Below are positions 1 to 8,537 of a stretch of DNA of 64,000 bases, piece by piece. A program made the position numbers and the translations under genes. Source of the DNA: a virus (lineage: Duplodnaviria > Caudoviricetes); IMG/VR virus record IMGVR_UViG_3300012211_000004, positions 742 to 64,741 of that record, one strand, 5' to 3'. The notes below the pieces were generated by a model, which did not search any database, was not told the origin of the DNA, and saw only the letters and a program-made list of their open reading frames with translations. Position 1 is the first letter of the stretch, and each line of letters opens with the position of its first letter.

Positions 1-2
1 CA

Positions 3-188
3 CTGCAACATGGTGCTGACGAATTGGAGTATGGACCTGCGTTCAAAGAGGATGAGGCAAAAGCGTACATTGCTGAAAAATATCCTGACTCTCAATTCAC
101 GGATCTGAACGCATTTTTCGTTGAGTATCGCAGACGTGTCGATGAAAGCGGCTTCTCATTTGAAGACCGAGCGAGGTTCTGGCGATGA
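3..188 (+). CDS. 5'-truncated hypothetical protein (..LQHGADELEY..ERARFWR-like C-terminus)
   Basis: Open frame from the window edge to TGA 186-188; ATGA overlap with the next gene. Confidence 0.7.
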   Translation: MQHGADELEYGPAFKEDEAKAYIAEKYPDSQFTDLNAFFVEYRRRVDESGFSFEDRARFWR

Positions 189-532
189 CGCACCCAGGCG
201 GGAGGCCCGTAACCAAGAATCGCGTCAAACGAACGTATATGGTGGATAGGGTTGTCGCCGAGTTCATCGACAACCTCCCTGACGGGGATCGTAGCGATTT
301 TGTCAGTGCAGTGCTGGTGGAAGGTATCAGACGACGACCTCAGACAAAATATATTGAAATTCGCCTTACCCCTGACCAGCTAGAATTGCAAGAGGAAATC
401 AACGGAAAGTGTAAAGGTGTTTGGCATCCGAATCCAGACCCTTACAGCAACGCATGTATCATAGGCGTGTCGCCTGATACGGACACGGCATTCCTAGACA
501 ATCTAGGCGTTGAGTACAAGCGAGTTCAATAG
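185..532 (+). CDS. Putative ribbon-helix-helix DNA-binding protein
   Basis: N-terminal GGRP..KRTYMVDRVVAEFIDNLPDGDRSDFVSAVL pattern typical of RHH/CopG-like proteins. Confidence 0.55.
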   Translation: MTHPGGRPVTKNRVKRTYMVDRVVAEFIDNLPDGDRSDFVSAVLVEGIRRRPQTKYIEIRLTPDQLELQEEINGKCKGVWHPNPDPYSNACIIGVSPDTDTAFLDNLGVEYKRVQ

Positions 533-548
533 TAATCTAGCCATTCTT

Positions 549-581
549 AGAGCCGTCGCACTCAGCACGGCTCTTCTTTTT
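549..581 (+). terminator. Intrinsic terminator
   Basis: AGAGCCGT/ACGGCTCT stem followed by TCTTTTT. Confidence 0.65.
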
Positions 582-688
582 GCCCAATTTCCCTCCCTTG
601 GTAAAATGAAAGAGAGCCCCATAAGCACAATAGCAATTCAGGATGTAGATGCAACGTAGCATGCAACGTAGCAGAGAGGAGTCCCACC

Positions 689-1249
689 ATGCAAGAAATG
701 CAGCAAGCAGTAGTAACACCACGTGGATTTTTGCAAGATCTAGGAACGAATGATGAAGTAAAAGCGTGGGCAAATGAAATGCTGAGCGAACGGAATAGTA
801 GCGCCACTAGCATAAGTAGAGCAGAAGTCCTTGATGGCATCAAAGGAGAGCAGAGAAGGATAAGGAGAGCAGAGGAAGAGATGCTGAGCACTCTCGACAT
901 TGGAGAAGCTCCCACGCGCTATGATCTACCTGCTATGCCCAAGACAAGTCCCTACACGACAGAGAAGATGCCAGCTCTAGACCTTGCTCAGCAGGAAGAG
1001 ATTGAAGAAGATGAGCCGTGTGTGACAATCACGGCCTCTGCTGAGTACCACACCATCGATCTCATCCACCAGGCGGTCGAGCAGCTCGGTAGCATGCCAA
1101 CCCTCATAGTTGTGTCCAATTTGCGCCACATGGCCTCAGAAAAGCTTCTGAGACGCATACAGTACCATTGCCATGGCGTGCGTATCCCAATCGTCCCTAG
1201 TGATGGCCCGTGTGAATTCGACGTGAAAGTCTTTGGCAGTAAGATATGA
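689..1249 (+). CDS. Hypothetical protein
   Basis: GAGGAG RBS, 186 aa, ATGA coupling to the next ORF. Confidence 0.7.
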   Translation: MQEMQQAVVTPRGFLQDLGTNDEVKAWANEMLSERNSSATSISRAEVLDGIKGEQRRIRRAEEEMLSTLDIGEAPTRYDLPAMPKTSPYTTEKMPALDLAQQEEIEEDEPCVTITASAEYHTIDLIHQAVEQLGSMPTLIVVSNLRHMASEKLLRRIQYHCHGVRIPIVPSDGPCEFDVKVFGSKI

Positions 1250-1467
1250 TAGATGCATTATTATATATTATTCTTATGCTCTGTTTCTTAGGTGCAATGG
1301 CTATTATTATTCTGGTTTATATGTTAGCAGGCGATGAATATGAAAGATGTACAATTCAGGTTTCACGAAGATCTAGACCTCCTGAACGCTCCGACCGACC
1401 GTATCCCTACGGTACGCATGACCTCTATTGTACAGAAGAAGATGCAAAAGGAGACAATATGCACTGA
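1246..1467 (+). CDS. Small membrane protein
   Basis: N-terminal hydrophobic helix. Confidence 0.6.
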   Translation: MIDALLYIILMLCFLGAMAIIILVYMLAGDEYERCTIQVSRRSRPPERSDRPYPYGTHDLYCTEEDAKGDNMH

Positions 1468-1625
1468 GCGGCCTAGAGCTGATTTTCAGGAAGAGCCGAT
1501 CTTAGCGCGTACACCTCTACTCATCTTCTTCTGCATATTCTCGCTCTATCTGCTCTTGCTTCTCAGAGGTGTGAATATGCTCTTGTACATCATGGTGATG
1601 GTTGGGAATAGGCTTGCACGGTAGC

Positions 1626-1973
1626 CTATTGATCGTGTATCCTCGCTATTGTATTGTCCCCCTTGCTATTGCCTATGATAATCAAGTCTCCGTCAATCGT
1701 GATGATAAGCCCCTGCTTCTTGAGAGCTTGGCATATTGTATCTATCGTCTGCTTCATCCGTGTATTATCTTTTGTAGTATCATCTACCTTTCTACGCAAT
1801 CCATCAATCTCATCCTTCATCGTGCTCATTAACCTCTGCTGAGCATTGTTTGCGTCTTCATTGACTTTGCTCCTCAACATGGCCTTTCCTGCAAATATGG
1901 CAGGAATGCATACAATAAGCATGCTGAATAAGCCAGCATACGCATTAAGACCCGCTATAATACTGCCTATCAT
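1626..1973 (-). CDS. Membrane-anchored coiled-coil protein of the lysis cassette
   Basis: One N-terminal TM helix plus coiled coil, directly after the holin. Confidence 0.65.
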   Translation of the reverse strand: MIGSIIAGLNAYAGLFSMLIVCIPAIFAGKAMLRSKVNEDANNAQQRLMSTMKDEIDGLRRKVDDTTKDNTRMKQTIDTICQALKKQGLIITIDGDLIIIGNSKGDNTIARIHDQ

Positions 1974-1975
1974 GG

Positions 1976-2335
1976 CTACCCGCCTGTTTTTGGAGCTTCG
2001 ATCTTTGGCAGATTTTTGCTCTCGACCACCGTCACTCGCGCTAGCAAGTACACAGCAGCCTCTATAGCAATATCCACAGCTATAGCGGGTGGAACTGGCA
2101 ATCCGAACGCTAGAAAGAGCTTGGTGACCGAGGCTATGGCTAGCTCTTTCTTAGATGCCCCGGAGAGCGTGCCATTCTGCTGCTCAACTTGCCATACAGC
2201 TTGCCTTGCGAACTGCTCCAAAGCTACACGGATATGCTCAGGAAGCTTCTGCTTTACGATATAAATGATGTAGAGAGCAGCAAAAACCGCAATAAACACC
2301 CCAAAGATGAATATAATCGTATTGACCGTTTGCAT
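1976..2335 (-). CDS. Holin (LL-H-like)
   Basis: N-terminal TM, then AVWQVEQ..SGASKKELA..IEAAV motif; follows the endolysin; start set at ATG 2335 after GAGGGG. Confidence 0.75.
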   Translation of the reverse strand: MQTVNTIIFIFGVFIAVFAALYIIYIVKQKLPEHIRVALEQFARQAVWQVEQQNGTLSGASKKELAIASVTKLFLAFGLPVPPAIAVDIAIEAAVYLLARVTVVESKNLPKIEAPKTGG

Positions 2336-2343
2336 AATTCCCC

Positions 2344-3153
2344 TCAGATCTTCCCGTTTGGGCCATACCAATTAGGTACCCCGGACACCCACTCACACCG
2401 AGCCCCTGCGAACTGCTGAACCGTGATCTTGTTGCCGTTCCAATCATTGCTGTCGTATTCGTGTGTGATTGGAGGTCCGTACTGTTTTCCATGATTTATC
2501 CAGTCCGACAGCCAAGCTTGATAGATGCCAGTTCCACCGACTGGAATTGGCTGTCCGATAGCCTTGAAGAAGCTATTCCAGCATTCATTAGCTTCTTTGA
2601 GCTGAGAAGCCGTTGGTTGTGTGTTTGCCACTGGTGTTCCTCCCTTTAGATAAGCCCACAGCTCCGACCACGGGTACAGGCCGGGGCACCTACTTCTGTT
2701 CACAGGATCGATAGATGCATGAGATGTTATTCCAGTTGTATCATCAGCATCATGCATGCCAATGCCATTCCGTTGGCATATGTCTTTGATGAGTGCGAAA
2801 GATGCTGATTGTTGAGCAGGTGTAAGAGCGGTTGCGTTCGCGTCATCAGGCTTCACATGCTCGATACTCAGACAGTAGAAGTTAGGGTTCCCAGCCCAAT
2901 TAGGGTTATTTACGACACCTTGCGCATAGGCCCCATTAGATTCTGCTACAGCCTGAATCACATGACCGTCTTGCCCTACAATGTAGTGGCTTGAAACCGG
3001 ATTGCCACTACCCTCAGTACTTCTAAAGTATGCTGCTATTTCCTCAGCACTACTTCCGCCCGCTGTACTATGGAGGATGACAAAGCTTTTCTTCCCGGTG
3101 TTTGCGAAGTAATTATTGTTAGGGGACCACACGGCCCCCGCATAATCTACCAT
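2344..3153 (-). CDS. Endolysin, N-acetylmuramoyl-L-alanine amidase (Amidase_2)
   Basis: ILHSTAG, SSHYIVG, SIEH and H...CPG zinc-amidase motifs. Confidence 0.9.
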   Translation of the reverse strand: MVDYAGAVWSPNNNYFANTGKKSFVILHSTAGGSSAEEIAAYFRSTEGSGNPVSSHYIVGQDGHVIQAVAESNGAYAQGVVNNPNWAGNPNFYCLSIEHVKPDDANATALTPAQQSASFALIKDICQRNGIGMHDADDTTGITSHASIDPVNRSRCPGLYPWSELWAYLKGGTPVANTQPTASQLKEANECWNSFFKAIGQPIPVGGTGIYQAWLSDWINHGKQYGPPITHEYDSNDWNGNKITVQQFAGARCEWVSGVPNWYGPNGKI

Positions 3154-3191
3154 TGAAACCTCCTGGCGTAGTGCCGCTTTGTCGCTTTGTG

Positions 3192-3449
3192 CTATGTCAG
3201 TGGCGGATCATATGTAAAACTCACGCTCCCAAAATTGGGATCGTTGGCCTCGCTGTCAGGCAATGAGAAGCCTTGCTCAGGACACCACAAAAGCTGCACT
3301 TGCGCTGTCCCTGATATTGTATCGGTGTACGTGCATTGCAGCATATTGTCAAGGGACGGCCCTGGCTGGTCAGGGAATTGCAAAGTACCCGATGGATTGG
3401 GCTGATTATTCAGTGACGGGATGGTGACTGCGTAGTTGGTTACTGGCAT
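3192..3449 (-). CDS. Hypothetical protein (possible tail fibre chaperone)
   Basis: GGAG RBS, co-oriented in the tail-lysis operon. Confidence 0.6.
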   Translation of the reverse strand: MPVTNYAVTIPSLNNQPNPSGTLQFPDQPGPSLDNMLQCTYTDTISGTAQVQLLWCPEQGFSLPDSEANDPNFGSVSFTYDPPLT

Positions 3450-3458
3450 GATGTGTTG

Positions 3459-3707
3459 CTACTCCATTTCTTTTAAGTACGCTTGTACTTGTTCTACATT
3501 TGCACACCAATGTGGTATACCTCGCAATATGTTGCCATTATCGTCAGCATATTCATTGATTGTGATATGCCAACAATTCTTATCACCAAAGAGACGTATT
3601 GCCTCTTTTATGACATCGTTATCATCAACAGGTGTCACATCAACTTCTAGAGGAATAGGTTGATGCCCTTTAATAAGTGGTTTCTTGTATGATTTCAGTT
3701 CGTACAT
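3459..3707 (-). CDS. Hypothetical protein, visibly AT-rich
   Basis: AGGAG RBS; composition differs from its neighbours by eye. Confidence 0.6.
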   Translation of the reverse strand: MYELKSYKKPLIKGHQPIPLEVDVTPVDDNDVIKEAIRLFGDKNCWHITINEYADDNGNILRGIPHWCANVEQVQAYLKEME

Positions 3708-3718
3708 TATTTCTCCTA

Positions 3719-5788
3719 TCAGACGACGAACCCATGTACGTTACATGCACATTTTGAGCTTGAAGCCCCAAGAGCGGCAATACTCACACTAATGGCAGTA
3801 TTGACAGCACTTGCAGCACGCGGTGGGTTCCATGTGACAATGAGCGAATTGTCTTGTCCAACTGATTCGGCAAATTCCGCAGTAAGTGTATTCTGCAATC
3901 CTGAGATAGTCACATCTGCTGATGAGAGTGCTGTTGCTGGCAATCCTGTTATCTCGTATCCTGAAATGTAGTTCGTCTTTGCGGATACGGCGGGCATCGT
4001 TGCGGTACACGTTGCATTTGTGGCTGTTGCGGACACATCGATTTGGGCGCCAACGTTCGTAGGCCCCTGGGTGATCATCCATGGAGTGGTATTTTGCGTA
4101 TTGCCGGGCTGAACGGTCCAAGTGCTTAGTTGAGCAGCATTGGCCACGGCTCCATATCGAAGTGGCGATGTATACAGCTCAAGCACACCATTAGCCGTTC
4201 CGCTCGTATAGGATGTCATACGAATACGAAGATATCTATAAGCGATATCTCCTATGGCGATAAGATTTGCAGAAATCGTACTGGACTCACCTGCACTAGA
4301 AGACATCGCTCGATAGGCTGCACTACTGAAATTGACGTTATCATTTGATCCCTGAATTGTTATCGTGCCTACCCATGCACCTGTAACTTGTATCGAGAAG
4401 CTCTTATACGCACTAACATCCATTGACGGCACCAAGTCCACATTGAGTCCGTTGGAACTGAGCGATGCCTGCTCAGTGAAGTCACCGAGAACGTACTGAT
4501 CACCACTGGAATTGACTTTGAGTGCCGTGTCGCCTGCTGTTGTGGACTTGCCGTAGAGTGATGCGCGTAACTCAGTGTTGCTCTGATCAGCAGCAAGAGC
4601 AGTGCCAGCCGCAGCTTGCAAAAGTGCGGTAATACGTCCTGAAGCGTCAAGACCTAGAGGCGTATCGCCTACTGCTACATTTTTACCATAGAGGTTGGCA
4701 TTGACAACTTTGCCGTTATACGGTAACGGTACTGCATGACCTGTTACTGTTACCGTTCCTGCCGATACACCTGATGTACGTGCCTGTATTTGCTGCAAAC
4801 CAGCAATGGGTATCTCATAAAGTGCAATTGATGTCGTTGTGGCCCCTATTGCTGTCTGTGTGATGGTATTGGTGCCAACAAGTACCGCATTCAACGCTTT
4901 GAAGTTTGTCCCATCCTCTTGTCCTTCAAAGTTGACGGTGCCTGTAAAGCCTGTCATGTTGACCGTGAGAACCGCTGATGACATACCAAGCACTGAGAGA
5001 GGCGTACCTACTGCATTACCATTCTGAGCATTCTGGAGAGTAGTTGAGGTACTAGCGGTTGATTGTTGTGAAATGGGAAGCGTTGCATTCAGCAAATCTC
5101 TAATCTTCGTTAAGCGACCCATGAGCGAGTTGACCGTGTTTGCATCGCTGGCCTGTCCTGCTGTGGTATTGATCGCTGCTGTGCTGGTATTGATTGTTGC
5201 CAGATTGTCCCCGTCTGCAAGTAAATCAGCCGTGTTCGCGACTAAACTAGCGAGATTTCCACCTTCCTGAGCAGGGGACGTTGGTATTCTGCCTGTATTC
5301 GTAATAAGCGTGTCTAAATCGGCTACCAAGTCAGCAGTAGCGGTATCAATATTGCCTAGGTGTGTTGAGTTCGTTGCATCAATGTTGGCTGTTATTGTGC
5401 CCGCCACCGTTAATGTTGCACTGAGAAGGTCCCGTATCTTGGTGAGCCTTCCCATCAGAGATGCCACAGTATTTGCATCACCTGCCGCTCCTGCAAGATT
5501 GAGGAGTGTGAGCAGATCAACAATTGATCCGGTCAAGAAGTCGCCTGATTGGGCATTGACACGCTGGTTGGCCGCTGGTGTAACCGTTGCACTCGTCGGT
5601 AGCGGATTGGATGCGCTTACAGCCGTCATTGTGCCCGCGTTGTTATAGACGAGCTCATTGCCGATTGGATGAGCAGGAGCTGCCGCACCATCTGTGTACT
5701 GAGTGCCTGATGTGCCTCCTGATTGAAGCTGAGTAAGCACTTGTTGCTGTGTGCTTTCATATGCTCCTGTACCTGGTGGTACTGTCAT
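3719..5788 (-). CDS. Tail fibre / receptor-binding-like structural protein
   Basis: 689 aa, rich in A/T/G/S, internal duplications (DANTVxSLMGRLTKIRDLLxATL x2), located at the end of the tail module. Confidence 0.75.
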   Translation of the reverse strand: MTVPPGTGAYESTQQQVLTQLQSGGTSGTQYTDGAAAPAHPIGNELVYNNAGTMTAVSASNPLPTSATVTPAANQRVNAQSGDFLTGSIVDLLTLLNLAGAAGDANTVASLMGRLTKIRDLLSATLTVAGTITANIDATNSTHLGNIDTATADLVADLDTLITNTGRIPTSPAQEGGNLASLVANTADLLADGDNLATINTSTAAINTTAGQASDANTVNSLMGRLTKIRDLLNATLPISQQSTASTSTTLQNAQNGNAVGTPLSVLGMSSAVLTVNMTGFTGTVNFEGQEDGTNFKALNAVLVGTNTITQTAIGATTTSIALYEIPIAGLQQIQARTSGVSAGTVTVTGHAVPLPYNGKVVNANLYGKNVAVGDTPLGLDASGRITALLQAAAGTALAADQSNTELRASLYGKSTTAGDTALKVNSSGDQYVLGDFTEQASLSSNGLNVDLVPSMDVSAYKSFSIQVTGAWVGTITIQGSNDNVNFSSAAYRAMSSSAGESSTISANLIAIGDIAYRYLRIRMTSYTSGTANGVLELYTSPLRYGAVANAAQLSTWTVQPGNTQNTTPWMITQGPTNVGAQIDVSATATNATCTATMPAVSAKTNYISGYEITGLPATALSSADVTISGLQNTLTAEFAESVGQDNSLIVTWNPPRAASAVNTAISVSIAALGASSSKCACNVHGFVV

Positions 5789-5796
5789 ATTTTCAC

Positions 5797-6141
5797 TTAT
5801 GCCTTTCTAATCTGTATCTGCATAGGTTGAGCATCGTATACAAGACTGCTAATTGTCGCCTCTGCTAATGCCTCAAAGATCTCAGTGCCTGGATTAGCTG
5901 AGAACACTGCATAAGCGTTAGCAAGATCCGTTGATGATAGGTTGTAGGTGACAATGCCTGTTGCCTGATTCGGGCTTGAGAATGAGCCACCGCCAGCCAC
6001 CTTCTGTCCAGTGCTCATGCTGCGAAACTTCAGCGTGAACGCGCCCGTCGTGAAGCTAGGCGGTATATTCCCGTATGAGTCCACAAATGAGACAGGAATA
6101 GGTGGCGCGTCTGATGTTGTGAAATAGATCGGTATGCTCAT
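5797..6141 (-). CDS. BppU-like baseplate/fibre adaptor
   Basis: Beta-rich, with GIVTYNLSSTD motif like BppU N-terminal domains; start set at ATG 6141. Confidence 0.55.
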   Translation of the reverse strand: MSIPIYFTTSDAPPIPVSFVDSYGNIPPSFTTGAFTLKFRSMSTGQKVAGGGSFSSPNQATGIVTYNLSSTDLANAYAVFSANPGTEIFEALAEATISSLVYDAQPMQIQIRKA

Positions 6142-6212
6142 CTGCAATTCCCTCTTGTATAAGTTACACATCCCTCTCTCACGCGTTTTATATCGAAGAA
6201 AGGAAATATCAT

Positions 6213-6320
6213 ATGCTTCAGCTCATCAAATGTTCCAAAGTCGCTCTAAATGTCCTCTTCATCGCTTTCTTGCTCCTTATCGTTGGTATATCGCTATTCT
6301 TTGCCATACCTTTTAAATGA
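6213..6320 (+). CDS. 35-aa hydrophobic peptide MLQLIKCSKVALNVLFIAFLLLIVGISLFFAIPFK
   Basis: AAGGAA RBS, single TM helix, fills the intergenic gap; below the ORF-track cutoff. Confidence 0.55.
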   Translation: MLQLIKCSKVALNVLFIAFLLLIVGISLFFAIPFK

Positions 6321-6991
6321 CATAAGCGTAGATATACCAGTCTTGCATGACTGTGTTACCTCCGTTCGATTTGGCTGTAAATTGGCCTCCTGCACTGAGC
6401 GGGATAAGGATAGCTGTTTCAAAGAATTGCGATGCAACGGGAGCACTAACCTGTGGATACCCCGTTGCGGAACCTCCAGTAGGGTACAAGTTGAGCGAGG
6501 TAGCAGCCGCGCTACACGTGATAGAGATTGCAACCCAGACTGCCAATGCGCCTGATGGTATGCCACCAACACCCGTACAAGTTTGATCGCGTGTTGCGCC
6601 GCTGTTGACCGTTGGATTGGTTGTAAGATGGTAGGGCGTGATGAAATACGTCATACCCCCAGCTTGTAGCGCATTTTCAACCCCATCAAGAAATGTTTTA
6701 TTTATCAATTTGTTACTCACTCCTAAAGAGTGGACTGCATCATTTCTGTACAGTTCTGCATCTTCTTGCTTAGGTTATTCATGCAGATCGGATCATGTCT
6801 TATCTTTCGATCCCGCGTATGATCTCTACGGTGTCCCTGAATTTTCAGGGTTCCCTCGGCGTTGCGTTCCTCAACGTTTTCGCCGATACAGCGGGTTTTT
6901 CAGTCAAGCAGCTTTAACTACCTGAAAGCGGCATAGATTTACCGGGTGCACCACCTTGATTGAAGGGCCCGATCTTTGTATATTGTCCCGT
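6313..6991 (-). CDS. Intron-split minor tail protein, join(6941..6991,6313..6705), 147 aa, probable ACG start
   Basis: Splicing gives (M)GQYTKIGPFNQGGAPG|INKTFLDGVENAL in frame; AAAGGAGGTG RBS upstream; in-frame TAA just upstream and no ATG/GTG/TTG. Confidence 0.8.
6706..6940 (-). ncRNA. Group I self-splicing intron, 235 nt, no ORF
   Basis: P1 CGGU/GCCG with U.G at the 5' splice site, P3 CCCGC(U)GUAU/AUACGCGGG, P4 CGGCG/CGCCG, P6a CCCUGA/UCAGGG, P7 GAUCA/UGAUC, P9 stems, terminal G at 6706. Confidence 0.9.
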
Positions 6992-7037
6992 ATCACACCT
7001 CCTTTGTGTTTTTTAACATGCCAAAAAGCCCGTAAAC

Positions 7038-7066
7038 TTGCTCTACGGGCGGTTTTGTGGTATACT
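7038..7066 (+). promoter_or_regulatory. Sigma70-type promoter of the HNH gene
   Basis: TTGCTC-17-TATACT with extended TG. Confidence 0.65.
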
Positions 7067-7169
7067 TGAGGTAGAATATTGTTGTGTCCCAGCAATGTCG
7101 TACCGACGCTGATAACATCGATACAAAAGCACCCTGGGACGTGAGCTAGACCTGTAAGGAGGTTTCGCC

Positions 7170-8093
7170 GTGAATACCCTATCACTCTTTGCTCATGAGA
7201 GCAATCCCCCCAAGTTAAAACAGTGTCCCAAATGCCCTGAAGGACAGCAATGGCATCCTGCAACTCCTGAACACTTTTCCAGAAACAAGAACCGTGAAGA
7301 TGGTCTTCAAACGATCTGCAAAACATGCACGAAAGAATACAAGAAGCGACATTATCAAGCCCACAAGGAAGAGATAGACGCGAAAAACAAAGCATATGCA
7401 GAGTCGCATAAAGAACAGATGCGTGAGAAAAAGAAGCAATATGCAGAATCCCATAGGGAGCATTTACAGGAATATCACGCAAGGTATTATGAAGAAAACA
7501 AAGAACAGCTCTTAGAAGAGATGAAGCAATATTATCAGAACAATAGAGAGCAGAAGATTGCTTATCAGAGACAATATGAAGAGACACATAGAGAGCAAGT
7601 AAGAGAGAATAAAAGACAGTATCGAGAGAGAAACAAAGGGCGGATTTATGAACACAGAAAGACGCGTTATAAAGAAAGAATACGTGATTATCATAAGATG
7701 TATTATAAGATGCATAGAGGCCAGCATCTTGAGAATATGAGAAAATATCGTGAGACTCATAGGGAGCGATTGCTTGCACATAAGAGAAACTATTATAAGA
7801 CCCCACAAGGGCGAATGATAGACCGCGCTCATTGGCATAGGCGCAGAGCACAGAAACTGGCTTCTGGTGGCTCTTACACTGCACAGCAGATACGAGATCA
7901 ACTAAAGAGGCAAAAAAGGAAATGCTACTGGTGTAGCTGTAAGTTAGGAGCTTATCATATTGATCATATTGCCCCTCTCTCAAGAGGCGGATCGAATGAT
8001 ATAAGCAATATAGTGCTAGCCTGTGCTGGCTGCAATCTTCGCAAGGGAGCAAAGCTCCCACACGAATGGTCAGGCGGTGGTCGTCTTCTTTAG
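7170..8093 (+). CDS. Free-standing HNH homing endonuclease
   Basis: N-terminal CxxC..CxxC, long Y/K/R/E helical repeats, C-terminal CYWC..HIDHIAPLSRGGSNDISNIVLACAGCN. Confidence 0.92.
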   Translation: MNTLSLFAHESNPPKLKQCPKCPEGQQWHPATPEHFSRNKNREDGLQTICKTCTKEYKKRHYQAHKEEIDAKNKAYAESHKEQMREKKKQYAESHREHLQEYHARYYEENKEQLLEEMKQYYQNNREQKIAYQRQYEETHREQVRENKRQYRERNKGRIYEHRKTRYKERIRDYHKMYYKMHRGQHLENMRKYRETHRERLLAHKRNYYKTPQGRMIDRAHWHRRRAQKLASGGSYTAQQIRDQLKRQKRKCYWCSCKLGAYHIDHIAPLSRGGSNDISNIVLACAGCNLRKGAKLPHEWSGGGRLL

Positions 8094-8102
8094 TTGTCTC
8101 CA

Positions 8103-8129
8103 GAGGGTATATTATCATAGTATGCCCTC
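8103..8129 (+). terminator. Hairpin closing the HNH cassette
   Basis: 12-bp stem GAGGGTATATTA/TAGTATGCCCTC with 2 G.U pairs; no clear U-tract. Confidence 0.5.
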
Positions 8130-8139
8130 ACACCTCCTT

Positions 8140-8529
8140 TCATGTCGTTGAATCTAGCTGCAGCGTTATACTTTCTAAATTGGTCTTGCTTGGGTGACTC
8201 CATAAAGCACGGCCTATCATCTTTCCGCTATTTGCTAAGCTTGTAGCACTATTGCCACCAAAAACAGCTACTTCGGTGATTGAAACGCCTGCAGCATCTG
8301 TGTCGCTTATGAAGCAATTAATGAGTCTTTCTCCTACATTCGCTCCATTGCTAAAACTACTCACTTTCTTCCTGAATATTTCTACATCAAGCTTCGTTTG
8401 TGTCGCTATAGGTGTAGATGCTCCGGTCCCAAGCGCGAAATAGGTAGCTTTTGGATTGTCGGCCCCTGTAATGCCATCAGCTAGGAGACCATGGCCGCTA
8501 TTAACGATTGTAAGAGTTACTACTGGCAT
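8140..8529 (-). CDS. Tail tip/collar protein
   Basis: YFALGTG..TQTKL..EIFRK..ITEVAVF pattern of tail-collar fibre N-terminal domains. Confidence 0.7.
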   Translation of the reverse strand: MPVVTLTIVNSGHGLLADGITGADNPKATYFALGTGASTPIATQTKLDVEIFRKKVSSFSNGANVGERLINCFISDTDAAGVSITEVAVFGGNSATSLANSGKMIGRALWSHPSKTNLESITLQLDSTT

Positions 8530-8537
8530 AAATCACC

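Larger units (their letters stand above)
6993..8140. repeat. 13-bp direct repeat TCACACCTCCTTT (6993-7005 and 8128-8140) flanking the HNH cassette
   Basis: Exact match; on the minus strand it is the RBS AAAGGAGGTGTGA. Confidence 0.85.

Noticed and set aside
1517-1636. Third non-canonical (ACG) start ORF after the lysis genes, (M)INRLPCKP..EEDE
   Set aside because: SD spacing is short and there is no independent support
6313-6720. ORF-track start GTG 6720 (MSNKL..)
   Set aside because: Lies inside the 3' stems of the group I intron; the spliced product gives a more plausible N-terminus
6904-8118. 404-aa minus-strand ORF
   Set aside because: Antisense shadow of the repetitive HNH gene; composition is not protein-like
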